A stretch of DNA of 62,790 bases, the filler included, from Choristocarpus tenellus KU-1152 (Eukaryota > Protista > Phaeophyceae), in the NCBI GenBank assembly GCA_964200185.2. It is 11 parts of 11 records of this genome, joined end to end, with 100 filler letters (N's around TTAATTAATTAA, not from the genome) between each part and the next. Parts side by side here need not be neighbours in the genome. Positions count along the whole stretch, not along the records: positions 49,702 to 56,576 come from CAXNAD020007165.1; positions 56,677 to 60,185 come from CAXNAD020019549.1; positions 60,286 to 62,790 come from CAXNAD020027244.1; 8 more parts are not named here. The stretch is one strand, 5' to 3'. This document shows, one piece after another, positions 50,654-62,715 of this stretch (its first letter is position 1; each line of letters starts with the position of its first letter). The notes below the pieces were generated by a model. That model was not told the origin of the DNA. It worked only from the letters and a program-made list of their open reading frames with translations, and did not search any database. The position numbers and the translations under genes were made by a program.

Positions 50654-51088
50654 GAGTCAAAGTATCTTAGAGGGTAGTGCCGCGTCCATTTGGGGGCCAG
50701 AATCCAATGTTGTGATTTTGATGTAATTTTGGCTATTGTGTTTGTTAGGAAGTGTCAAATATTCATGTTCCGGACACATCTTTCCATAACGTATACATTT
50801 TACTTAATCCTAACATTTTGGAGTAGGAAAATGTCATAAAAAAAAAACATGGGAAGCCAAGCCCCAAACGGACAAATAGGGTAAAACTCGTACCTTCTAA
50901 GATACTTTCACTCTCCTACTACGAACTATTTTGGAATAGGTAAAATGTATACATTATGAAAAGGTGCGTCCGGAACAAGGATATTGACACTTCCTAACAA
51001 ACACGATAGCCAAAAATACATCAAAATCACAACATTGGATATTGGCTCCCATATGGACGCCACAGTACCCTCTAAGATACTTTGACTC
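50654..51088. mobile_element. Family-A MITE (50654-50913 +) fused to an inverted partial copy (50914-51088 -)
   Basis: The second copy starts at the internal CCTACT...TAGG palindrome and ends GATACTTTGACTC. Confidence 0.88.
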
Positions 51089-52439
51089 CAGTGCAATTCC
51101 AGGCCCCACTCCCCAGGTACCTCGTAAGCCCTGACCTGTGTGCCATTTAAAAAAATAGTTGGCAAACGAAAATACACACACATCCTACATAAACATGGCA
51201 CGCAGGAGTCCTTTTGGGGTTGAGACAGCGCGTTAGTTAGTGAGAATTGGATTAAATAGCTTTGGTTTCTCTGTTAATGGTGCACTGAAACCAAAGCGTG
51301 GGACAATGGATCAGAAGGCACTTGTGGCCTGTATGGGCGAGACAGATAGGAATGCCACCATCTTGACTTCTTTGGCTCTTCTCCGACCCACTCTGGTCTG
51401 AGAGTCGTCTGCCTCATCTCTGATCTTGTGCTACCAACAAAACCCCCTACTTGTCTCTGGATGGCCACACAGTGTTCTGCCAAACCCTACTCTCTGCACT
51501 GGTTGTTCCCTCACGGCTCTACCCTCCCCCCTGCCCCATTTTGTGACTTGCATGGCGTGTCCGCTCTCCTGTCTGAGACTCTCCATGCTGGTTGTTGTGG
51601 CCCCGTTATACCCGCTACCCCTATATTACCCTCATATCGATGCTTGTTCCAGAGCTGTCGTGTAGCCGTATTGTATTTGGGCAAAGAATTGGGTTTCCTT
51701 TTTATTTTGCAAATGTAACCGCTTGGTCTCGTGTTGTATGAATGTAGGCGGTCGGTCGTGCGTGCTCCTCGGGCTTTCTTGAACGTGAATTCTGAATCTG
51801 TAACCTTTCCCCCCTTTCTTGCTCCTCCTCAAATATGTCCCCTCATCAATAGTAATTTCAAACGCGCAAATAGATGTGGGCGCGCTGATTTTGTGTTGTT
51901 CGTAGAATGGTCAGACCTCTTCAATATCGTCTTTACGTTTGAGGAGACGTTTGATAACTTTGGCTAAATCGACGGAAGAAGAACAGAGTGATGCAACAAC
52001 ATTAGGTCAACCACATCTTGACCTCGTTCCTTTCTACAGTCTACTGCACTGTTATGGTGATGACGAAAAGAACACCAGACTCGAGAGCGACGGGATCCTG
52101 TGCAGAGGGATGCAAAAGAAATCTTGACTCCCACAAGGACAATATGGTTGGTTTCGAAGAACACTTGCAGAACCAAGAGTCAAGCACCCATGTGCATTGT
52201 CCACCGAAACGAGTTACTGGGCACACTAAATCTTCGAAGTTTATCGTGTCGTTGTTGTTGAGACTACAGGCCACGATTTTTTACAAGCATCAAACATCCC
52301 CTGGATCCCTTGCCAATGAATTCGATCACAAACTTAAAGGGGGAATCAAGGCCGTCGAAGGTGGCAAACCCACTTAAGAGTGAGGAATCAGATCCCAGGT
52401 TCGGTCGAACGACGGAGGCTTTCGAGAACAAGACGCTCA

Positions 52440-53300
52440 GAATTGATAGAAGACCACCGGGTTACGAATACAACAGTATGGACGGTCTGGCGGTTTGCGT
52501 CGAGAGACCTGACGTTGGGTGAGAGAAACACACACCTGGTTCTTTTGCCATAGCGATAGCACAGCTCTACTGGTAGAGCTCTGCCCTTCCTTCGTCCTCG
52601 CCCACTGACTTGGTTTCAATTCCATCCACGTCATCGCGTTAGAATGAATCAGCGATACTCTGTTGAGCTTTGTATGTGCTGCAAAGTCTCGTGGTCTGTT
52701 AGGGTCGGCACCAGAACTGCAAGACAAATTACTGGGAACACTGACGTAACAGAATCTTAACACTTTTTGTCGAAGTCGACGTCAGTAAGTTATAACCAGG
52801 GTCCGTGGAACCAACCCGCAATGTCCATTTTTTTCAGTGCAAGAATGAGTGGAGGCAACAACAATCGTGGTTGTGTTGTGACTGCTACTTCAAATAAGAT
52901 TTTAATCACCACGGTATACCTCCAACTTTCACCTGAAAATAACAGGTCAGCAGTATTTCTGTCTCCAAATATGAGTAGTAGTCCAGGGTTTTGTCCTGGT
53001 AAAAATGTGCGAATGTATCCAACCACTACCACACGAGACTACAGGGCAAGGGACGCCATTCAAGTGGGCAGAGAACAATTGATGGGGAGATCACACAGGG
53101 TGAGGGGAGCCAGCTCCAAGGGGCAGGCATCAAGGAATGCAAGGTCCAGGGTGATCCATTGTCTGTGCGGACTAAAACTGGGTTATCCTCGTTACAAGGA
53201 CTGTCTGCCCTCATGTCATCTCGGTCTAATATACTCAAGATTGCAAGCTCCCTTCACTTTTCACTTGCGACAACCTTCTAACTATGAACTACTCCAGAGT
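52440..53300 (-). mobile_element. Possible DIRS/Ngaro (tyrosine recombinase) retrotransposon remnant
   Basis: ELAILSIL...PVLVRTDN (DIRS-type RNase H) and SSGADP..RDFAAH (cf. recombinase G.DP..Y.GHS.R); fragmented. Confidence 0.4.
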
Positions 53301-53399
53301 ACTTCGTACTACACACCATGCATGCAGAAAAACGAGCAGCCTATGTGTCGAAAATAAAATTTGAACCTAATGCTACCATGCTTTACGTACATGCAAATC

Positions 53400-54900
53400 T
53401 CTTGGTTCAACTTCACGTCATAAGACACTCTTCTCATGGTGCTAACTGTCCCTCCCACAACTATATTGGGATGAGCATACCAGCATGGAGCAGATTCTGG
53501 GAAAAAGTACCTGGCGGCTCGACCTGGTGATGAGGTTTGGCGTGAGGCCCTGAAGGCAAAACATGAGGCTACCGAGGTACTGAACTTGATAGACTAAGTT
53601 GAAACTCTTCTTGAAGAAGAGGGATCCAAAATACTGGGAGCCATACTATTGAAAAATTTCTAGCAATTCCTCAATCTGTCATTTGAGGCCAAGATTGCAG
53701 ACCTGTATGCATCCTCTACTGTTGACTGCACACTCTTTTTTTTCATTTTTCATTTCAATAACGAACTATGTTGATGTAAAATATGTTGCACAAAGACTGA
53801 TCCAGGGTGTAGGTTGTGATAGCTTGTTGTTGGTAGTAGATAGTAATAGGGTCCTGCGCTACATTGGATTTACTGTGTTCTCTGTATATCTCTTACTTGA
53901 TGTGGTAATACAAAGACATGCCTGCCTAGAGAGATCACATTCTGACTTAGCCTTCCACATACCACCAATTGCTAATCAAGAAAGCTTAGGGAAACATCAT
54001 ATCAATTCCAATTCTTCACACCACACCATTCAGGCGAAGCAATGTGCAGTCAGTCCACCAAAGCACCTCTACCAACAAGCAGCAAATCGGAGGAGGGGCG
54101 TCTTTAACGATGTTTTGATGCCGACAGATGCATTATTTGCACCCTTTGCTGGGGGGACTGACAGGGACATGCTTCCAGGCAGATTAGAGTCACTAGTATT
54201 TCCCGAAAGGTACTGGGCACCCCAAATATACTGCACATTCTCCATTTTCTCTTCACACCTTTAGCATCCCTGCATTTTGGAGAATTTCACGCTGCCATGT
54301 GCAGCAGGCTAGCTTGTTATTATTGTGCACTCACTGCAAACAGTTTCTTTGAAGTGTTTCGGATAAACCCACACTTCGAATTTACTCAATCCCACACTCC
54401 ACAGAAAATCATTAAATATCCTTTCCCTTTGCAGGGTCTGGCTGTTTCCTCCAGCAATCTGGTAGGCATTGTGAGGTATGAATACATTTCCTTCAGGTCT
54501 TCAACAAAAAAAACTCTATATCGGTGATGCTTTTCCATGCACTTTTCCCCACATCTCCTTTCTCCAGGAAACTTTGCCATGCAAAAAAGGCCACCAGCAC
54601 AATCTCATGCCACTCAATCATGAGCACCTTGGTGCTACCTCTTGATCTTTCCTTCCCTTCAAACTCATTTCCAACCCACTCTTTACAATTCCAGGTATAT
54701 AAACTGGCCTGAACAACCTCTGGTAGACCTGGCTCGAGATGTGACCATGAGTTCAAAATGCTATTCAATGGGATTTCAGTCAGGGCAGGTAGGGGAAACC
54801 GTTCAAGATTGTGCTGAGAGTGAGAGAGTTACCAAACATCAACATTTATCGCTGATAAAACCCACAACGAGTGACTTCTCGATGCACCTCACATACTGCA
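53400..54900 (-). mobile_element. Possible PIF/Harbinger transposase remnant
   Basis: Frameshifted VE/RCFGGL near 54050-54075 (cf. IE.AFG.LK); no intact ORF. Confidence 0.3.
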
Positions 54901-54985
54901 TGGTGATCAGAAAGTCATGGAACAGGTCTTCGAGAGTATAGATGCTACCCAAACCAATTTGTACCTCCTTCCTACTCAACGCAAT

Positions 54986-55490
54986 TAAGAGGGTAGGGCT
55001 GCGTCTGTTCGGGATCACAAATTCAATGTTGCAGTGAAAGTATTTTAAAGAGTACGAGTTTTGCCCTGTTTGTCCATTTGGGGCTTGGCTCCCACGGGTA
55101 TTTTATGACGTTTCACCTACCCCGAAACATTTCAGAGTAGGTAAAATATGTACTTTATGAAAAGGTGTGTCCGGAACAAGGGTATTGACATTTTCTAACA
55201 AACGCAATAGCCAAAATTACATCAAAATGGCAACTTTAGATCTTGACTCCCAATTGTACGCAGCTCTACCCTCTAAGATACTTTGACTCATTGCGGTTAT
55301 GATTAATTTTGGCTATCATGTTTGTTAGTAAGTGTCAATATCCTTGCTCTGGACACCCTTTCATAGTCGTGTACATTTTACCTATCCTATACATTTTAGG
55401 TAACTGTGTTACACAGAAAACCGAAAAAGGCCATAAAATAGCCGTGGCAAGCCAAGCCCCAAACGGACAAACAGGTTAATTCTCCTACCA
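54986..55490. mobile_element. Nested family-A MITEs: inner copy 55032-55289 (-) inside an older copy (+)
   Basis: Outer consensus is split at CAATGTTG| ... |ATTGCG; TSD GTTG / ATTG. Confidence 0.88.
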
Positions 55491-55908
55491 TCTTGAATGC
55501 GTTGGGTCTGACTCCCTTGTATGAATTGATAGATACACGTGTGAGCGCTCATAAAGCAGATCACACACACAACTACCAAGCAACAAAGCAAAGGCTTCTA
55601 GCACCGCGAAAAATCATTGTCCAAATCTGAAGTCAGAATCTCGTTCAAGTCATGCTGAGTTTTCCTATGTCTGACCTACTCACTCCAACTACTGGAATAA
55701 GGTAACAAAGTAGCATCTATACTCCAGAATGTATGCCTCCTGAAAGGAAGACTAACCCTTTTGGACGATTACCTTACCCTTGTCATCAATTAGACATCGT
55801 TCAATCACCTAATGCACTGCTACCACCTCAATTGCTACCGCTGTGCCTTTGCTCATACCAACCCTGTTATGTGAGAAGCCTCGGATAGTGTTCAATGAGT
55901 CCCAAAAG

Positions 55909-56205
55909 GCAACCAGAGGATGGGGTGGCCCAGGGGCCTACCGGAATGGAGAGCATGATGCAGTCAATATTAAGGAGCCTGGCAAGAAGTCCGCTCCATT
56001 CCAGTTAGTGGGGAGTGGTTTTATTCATCACAATCAGGAAGATGTAACAGCATTTCCATCCAGACCCAACACCACAGGGGGGTCAGGGACCAAAGCGAAA
56101 GCAGTGAGGAGCGGCAGGGGTAAAACTGAGTTTTGCAGGACCGAGGGTGCAGCAAACTACCTGTTGGAATGCAAGGTGAATGATGTTAACCGTATGCATG
56201 AAGAG
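55909..56205 (+). CDS. Probable internal exon of an uncharacterised gene
   Basis: Open ~100-aa frame (ATRGWGGPG...EGAANYLLECKVNDVNRMHEE) bounded by AG and GT; start uncertain. Confidence 0.45.
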
Positions 56206-56503
56206 GTGTCCAGGGTGTCATGGTGGAATACAGAAAAAGCGTTGCTGATGAAGAAAAAATATATTCCTCTTAACACCATTTTGAAAACTATAGTAGGATC
56301 TAAGACATGAAGATCCAGGTTCAGCGTAATGTGTTGTGGTATAGAGATGGTATCCCCCTTAATGTGCCATCTAAGAGTTCATGAGCTCTACAGAAATTGC
56401 ATTGCCTTTGAAGAAGAAATACCTTTCCCCTTAACATGATTTGGAACAATGCAGTAGAATCTAAGACAGTGAAGGTCCAGGTCCAGGGTAATTTTTTGTG
56501 GAA

Positions 56504-56576
56504 GGCTCAAAGTATCTGGGAGGGGGTGGCGGCTGTCCATTTGGGGGCAGTTTTTTAATGTCGTGATTTTTGGGTG
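56504..56576. mobile_element. MITE family B, cut by contig end
   Basis: GGCTCAAAGTATCTGGGAGGGGGTGGCGGCTGTCCATTTGG. Confidence 0.85.
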
Positions 56577-56676
56577 NNNNNNNNNNNNNNNNNNNNNNNN
56601 NNNNNNNNNNNNNNNNNNNNTTAATTAATTAANNNNNNNNNNNNNNNNNNNNNNNNNNNNNNNNNNNNNNNNNNNN

Positions 56677-56909
56677 CCGCGTCCATTCGGGGGCCGAAAT
56701 CCAATGTTGCGATTTCCATGTCATTTTATCCGTCGTATTTGTTAGGAAGTGTCAGTATCCTTGTTCCGGACAAACCATTTCATAACATATACATATTACC
56801 TACTCCGAAACATTTTGAAGCAGGAAAAATATCACAAAAACCCCATGGGAAGCCAAGCCCCAAATGGACAAACAGGGCAAAACTCGTACCCTCTAAGATA
56901 CTTTCACTC
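56677..56909 (+). mobile_element. MITE family A, left end cut by contig start
   Basis: Consensus interior and right TIR TACCCTCTAAGATACTTTCACTC. Confidence 0.88.
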
Positions 56910-57116
56910 TGTACAATACTGGCATCTATATTTTCAAATATATTCAGCTCAGAAGACATAAAGTAAGCAGTGGTGTAACGTACTAGATTTACATAGAGGA
57001 CAACTTCATAGGTGAGAAGAAAGCAAAGTATAGTATTAAAATTTTCCTGCTATTAAAAAAACGAGCACAACCCAGCATTACAACTGTGACCGAAAAAGAC
57101 ACTACATTAAACACAC

Positions 57117-59321
57117 CTTAGGAGCGGGCTTGGCAGCCTTCACCATAACACTTGGAGCCTTTGCGACCTTCACAGGTGCACTCTGTTAAGTGAATAGAGG
57201 TACAAACAAAGGTTGCAGGACCTTGAGTGATAATATCATTCAAGTCCGATCGATGGGGATTTCCCACAAGTACCTTAAGGGCAAGACACACTACAAACAG
57301 AAGAACATTCAACAAGGGACTTAAGAGGAAGGAAACACAGAAGCCTTCATCCACACACAAGGTGCAACCCAAGGGGCACCAGTCCCCCTCCCATTTTTTC
57401 CCCTTCATATTTAGACATCCTTCTCAATAGGGTATTTTTCAGGCACCTTAAAAAGGGTACAGAGTACAAGGTGCTAGGCAGGACGGACAATAGCATTACA
57501 TGGGCAAACCTACGTCAAATATGTACCACATTGTCATCACAATAGCTTTAAAGCCACCGCGGAGGTTTCCCTCCAATTCCTCTTCAACAGTACAGTACAC
57601 AACCACACACACACACACACACTTGTGACAGTTTGCTTAACAGAATAGACGGGAAGACTTAACAGCTTGCACCTCACCATGAACGGTGACAGCAGGCAGG
57701 GGCAGCATTGCATGTAACCATGCTAACCACCACAATTCACAACCAAGTAACCCCAACCCCAAATTACGAGCATATTTCAGCAACATTCACTCTTTACTGG
57801 ACTGCATACTTCAGGCGTTTACGCGTAAGACACCTCGAACCCTAACCCTAACACTAATCCCTCCACAAAACATGTACATGATTTCTGAAGTGATGATCAC
57901 CCATGCTACACTTCCCAATAACACTCCATATTTTCATCAACTTACCTTAACTGCCACAGGAGCAGGGGCTGGTGCCGGGCTAGACCTGGAAAAAAAAATT
58001 AAAGTACAAAAAATTCCAAAACATAGAACAGGTCGACTCAACGTTGGTGTTTCACATTAGACATTCTCCAAGCAGTACATGAGATGACAACTGATCCATC
58101 AATCAACCTCCTCAATGCCCTCAACAGCAAACCCATGGAGGGGGAGGCATTGAGCAAGAGAGCACCATTCACACAGAATCACTACCTGTATACTGACACC
58201 TAGCATTTCTGTTGGTCTGACATCGAATGCATCAAGCTTATGCCACATGCCACAGGTCAAAATTAACATATTGCCACATAACCACAGCCCAATGATCAAG
58301 CACAGCGTTAGGGTTATAGCCTCCACACAGCAATACAGAAAGCACGTGACAGTGCTTGATACAACGTTTGTGTTAGTAAGTACCACATTACATCAAAACT
58401 CACAAAAAAGTAAACTCCAAAAACACACCAATCTACCCAACCGTGTGCACTTGGATGCCCTAACCCTCCCCAGCCATCCCCAACAGCCAATCCAAACCAA
58501 CACTCACACGGCGCTACCCAGGTCGTTCAGCTTGAGGAGTCCCAACGACGAGAGGGTTCGAACCACGCTCACCACCTTGCAAGACAATTACGGTGCAAGG
58601 AGCTGGGTTACCTACTAGAGATCAGAATTTCCAAGAGTAGTGAAGGAGCACCACGTACAACGTATGCTCCAGATTGGGCTGCCTGCGTGAGAAGATAATT
58701 GAAGAAAATTCTAGGTAGAATTTTTTCTTTTTTTTTAAAGCGAAAAGAATGAAACTGGTTGGATTGTTCCACTTGAGCAAAGCCAGCACAAGAATTAAAA
58801 TCTCCATTTCAAGTAGTATTATCATATTAAAAAATTATGTATCTTCAAATGTAGACAATGTACTTTTCTGGTCCTGACTCTAACCCTAACCTCAACCAAA
58901 GAAAAAAAGGAAAATAGCTGGACTAGATTAATAGCAAAAAAAATCTTCAAAAACTTTTCATAATTTCTTTCTTCAACGCATTAAATAATGTAGGCAACAT
59001 TCTGACTGCTTATTCTAGAGTCTTTTGCCACAACATACCTTTCTCAAACACAGATCTCCTCTAGCCCCAGCACTCTTCCATCACCAGGTAAAAAAAAAAA
59101 GATGAAAAAAACAACAGCTTGTCAAAAAGCATCTTGGCTCCAACACCAGTAGAAAATGAATTTCTAGCTTCTAGAACAACCACCATATCTAAGTTGTCCA
59201 TTAAAAAAACATTATGCATCTTATACATCGAAAAATAATGTTAAGAATTTACCGCTGGAAGAGCCAGCTCCGCGGGTTCAACAGCCAGGAAGCCGAAGAG
59301 GTTGATAAGCACATCAGCATT
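57117..59321 (-). CDS. Short internal exons of an uncharacterised gene with an Ala/Pro/Lys-rich region
   Basis: AG/GT-bounded exons 59321-59253 (NADVLINLFGFLAVEPAELALPA), candidates at ~58680-58612 and ~58575-58510, 57985-57946 (SSPAPAPAPVAVK), 57182-57117 (SAPVKVAKAPSVMVKAAKPAPK). Confidence 0.55.
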
Positions 59322-60289
59322 CTTGGCAGAAAATGACAGGATGCCAGACTCCTCCACTGAGGAACGCCAACCAAGATATTAGCAACACCAAGTAGTTGTA
59401 AAAACAGTTGACAGGACAGTAAATAGGAACAGAAAATAAAAAACATACCAACCTTTACAAGCACTACAATTAGAGGTACTCTAGAATTGACACACTAGCG
59501 TCATTCCATGCAAGTCAAACATGACCCACGTATGTGGCAATTGTATATTTGTAGATGTATCTCTTGTAACAGTTCATGCGGTAAATGAACAGAATGTTCC
59601 AAGAAAATGATAAATGTATGTATTTAGTAGCATCTGTCTAGAGTAGATCTTGATTGACTCGGAGTGCATGATCGCAGCAGGTGAAGGAAGTAAAAAGACT
59701 CGAAGAACACAATCCATGTCAATGCTCTCATCGTCAACAAGCATGACCGAAAGCAAGACCATCCAACTTATCCAACTAAGAAAATCGATGCCGCCTTTGC
59801 ATTTAACAACAGGTGTTGAGATCGCTACTTAAGCTCCCTTCTATGGCATCAAGTATACACACAGCAATCAAAGATACAAGACAGGCCTGGTAGTGCCCCA
59901 ACTGAGCACGGCGATAATAACATAACAGGTCAGGACACGCCTTCCAAGCAAACGCGATTTGAATCAAATCAACAAGATCTTGCTCCATCCAGGAACAGGG
60001 ATAAGACGCAATGAACGAATGCACAAGTCGATTGTAACAAATGGTCAAAAAATAAAATAAAATAAAATAAAAATAAAAAAACGGTTATGTACTCAGTTTG
60101 GACACAAACAACATATTTTATTTTTTGCGCAACAAACAACCGGTGGATATTTCTCGCTCCTTTTTTTTTTTCGAAAAAAAACAAGNNNNNNNNNNNNNNN
60201 NNNNNNNNNNNNNNNNNNNNNNNNNNNNNTTAATTAATTAANNNNNNNNNNNNNNNNNNNNNNNNNNNNNNNNNNNNNNNNNNNNTCCT

Positions 60290-60469
60290 GGCTCAAAGTA
60301 TCTGGGGGAGGGGGGGGGTGTCTACACCGGAGTGTCCATTTGAACCAAAACCAGAGAAGTGCACTTTCATTATCCATCCAACGCATGGAACCAAATCACC
60401 CAAAAATCGCAACATGCAAAAATTGGCCCCAAATGGACAGCCGCCACCCCCTTCCAGATAAGTTAAGCC
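60290..60469. mobile_element. MITE family B with perfect 4-bp TSD (TCCT)
   Basis: TCCT|GGCTCAAAGTATCTGGGG...CCAGATAAGTTAAGCC|TCCT. Confidence 0.85.
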
Positions 60470-60473
60470 TCCT

Positions 60474-61788
60474 CCCCCTGCTGAAGGGAATGTAGGTCAG
60501 ATTGTCAAGGATCTGGCTGTTGACCCCTCCCCTGGTAATGGGGAGGGAGGTCAGGTTGACATGAGTCTGTCCAGAGACACTATCCGAGATGGCGAAGGGA
60601 GTGTAGGATATGTCTCATCCTCGAGTTCACAGCACTTGCCTCAGGCAGTTGCTGACCCGACAGCTGCCCGTACTGCAGCTCGCCAGCTGGAAGACTTTCT
60701 TCCCAATCCAGTCCGTGAAACTTCCATTGAGTTGAGTAGGACTAGAAAGGAAACTCGTGCTAGAACTGAAGGGAGTGCAGTTGTTGGCAGTGTGATGTCT
60801 CCTATTGCTAATGTAGAGAGGCAACATGTTGCGTATGCCTTGGCTGTGCAGCCCACACCTGAGTCAGTGTTGATGAGTACCCCCCTGCATGGTCGTCTTG
60901 TTTCTGAGTTGGGACCAACCCCTCAATCTTGTGCTGGCGCTCAAAAGTGTGAATACTGGTCAGTATGGGAACAGGCCGTATCTAAGGAGTTCCATGGTTT
61001 GTTGGACACAGGTACCTTCGGTGCTGTAGATGTACCTTTAGGTCGTAAGGCCATTGGTTCCAAGTGGGTATTCAAGTGGAAGAGTGACCCCTTAGGAATG
61101 TTTAATGGGGCTAAGGCTTGGTTAGTCGCTCAGGGTTTTGGCCAGGCACAGTCGACTGCAGAGGCAGAATACATAGTCATGAGGACGGTGTGAAGGAGTT
61201 GTTTTTGCGAGGTGTGTTGGAGTTCTTGCAGCCTGATAGGACTGGGTTGTGTTATGTAGTGTATGAGGACAAAACAGGAGTCATGCATTTGGGAAACAAG
61301 CCATTGAGTTCTGGGAGGACTAAGCACATATACGTGCGGCAACATCATTTCCTAAGGGATTTGGTTGCCTGGACAAATAAGGATTGTTTATGTTACCTCA
61401 GATGAGCAGCATGCAGATGTTTTGACCAATTCTTTTGCAGAAGCATCTTTTTTGGAGGTATGTAGGGGCCTTCCTAAATTTAGACTATGTTTAGTGGTTT
61501 GTTTCTTACTGAATTTGAATTTCTTTGTGTTTGTTTGGATTTTCTTTTTCAGTGAGTTAAATATCTGGTTGTTTTCTTCTCATACAGGATTGACGTGAGG
61601 AGTCTCCTAGGATCCATATTTGTACCTTATCAATTCTCAAGAGTTATTTGAGCTAGGAAAAGGTGTTCGAATAGACTATTCCAACTCTATCGGACATTCA
61701 TGCTAAACTGTATATGGAGTAAGAGAATAATAATTATTAGCGTTGAAGTTATCAGAGCCTTTTATTAGTGATTAGATATATGAGAACA
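60474..61788 (+). mobile_element. Ty1/Copia retrotransposon 3' part (internally deleted RT-RNase H, PPT, 3' LTR 61664-61788)
   Basis: WEQAVSKEFHGLLDTGTF...AIGSKWVFKWK...KAWLVAQGFGQ joined to AQSTAEAEY; RTKHIYVR, EQHADVLT; AGGAAAAGG PPT then TGTTC...GAACA. Confidence 0.92.
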
Positions 61789-62278
61789 TGTCAAAAAAAA
61801 CGTTCTGATTTTATAGGGTGCTGCATGCCCCACTTACTTAGCTTTATTCAATCACTCTAGACATCAGGAAATCTCCCTGGGTTTTTCACCTTTGTTCTTT
61901 CGGATGATTTCGGGGATACGTTAACAAAAGCCGGTATGGAACAAAAAGACATTTCTAAACATACATTCACATCAATCAACTCATTCGAATTCAATACTCC
62001 TGGTTATGACTATGGATACACAATTAAATTCACCAATCAATTCATTTGAATGATATATATTCTAGGTATTTCGTAATAGGAATTGTTCATTGTTTCCCAT
62101 GGCGACTTCCTTTCGTCCATACCAACGGGGTTCATTTTTGCATTCATATTGAAAGGGATGACCATACCAATGGAACACGTCACTGATGAAATAGTTGGTG
62201 TTTTCCCTCGCACAAAACATGTCTGACAGGGAGACTGCCTGGATCGTGCACCAAAGTGTCTTGTGAGAGCTAGGTGTC

Positions 62279-62715
62279 GTGATGAATATATTCATAGTGA
62301 ACAATATTTCTTTCATCTTTGTCACGACAGTACTCACAGTACTCATAGGACTTGCACACATCGCATTGTGTCAATGCTCAATGCTGACAAACAATAGCAC
62401 GGAGTCAGTAAGGACTTTTGTGCAGCGAAGTCGAATCCTCACCCAGTTAAACCATGGCAATCGTATAGAAGTCCGTAAGACGGTGTTTAGCGACAAACTG
62501 CGCCTTGTGTTCTTCGCCGGCCTTGAGGGCACAGGTCATCATTACTGGGCATCTGCACATAGGTCGTGCATAAAAATGGAGTGGTGTGCTCTTAGATGCA
62601 ATATATCAACGGCGTTATTCCCTCGTTTAACTACGGCATTGACGGTGACCGATTACAATCTTGCGGTGAGGACTCTGGAACAAGGACTGGATGAGCTGCG
62701 GGCGTTACAGGAAGC
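62279..62715 (+). CDS. Membrane-anchored sulfotransferase-like protein, N-terminal part, interrupted by an LTR
   Basis: N-terminal hydrophobic anchor, then LRLVFFAGLEGTGHH (5'-PSB-loop-like); LTR sequence begins at 62716. Confidence 0.55.
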
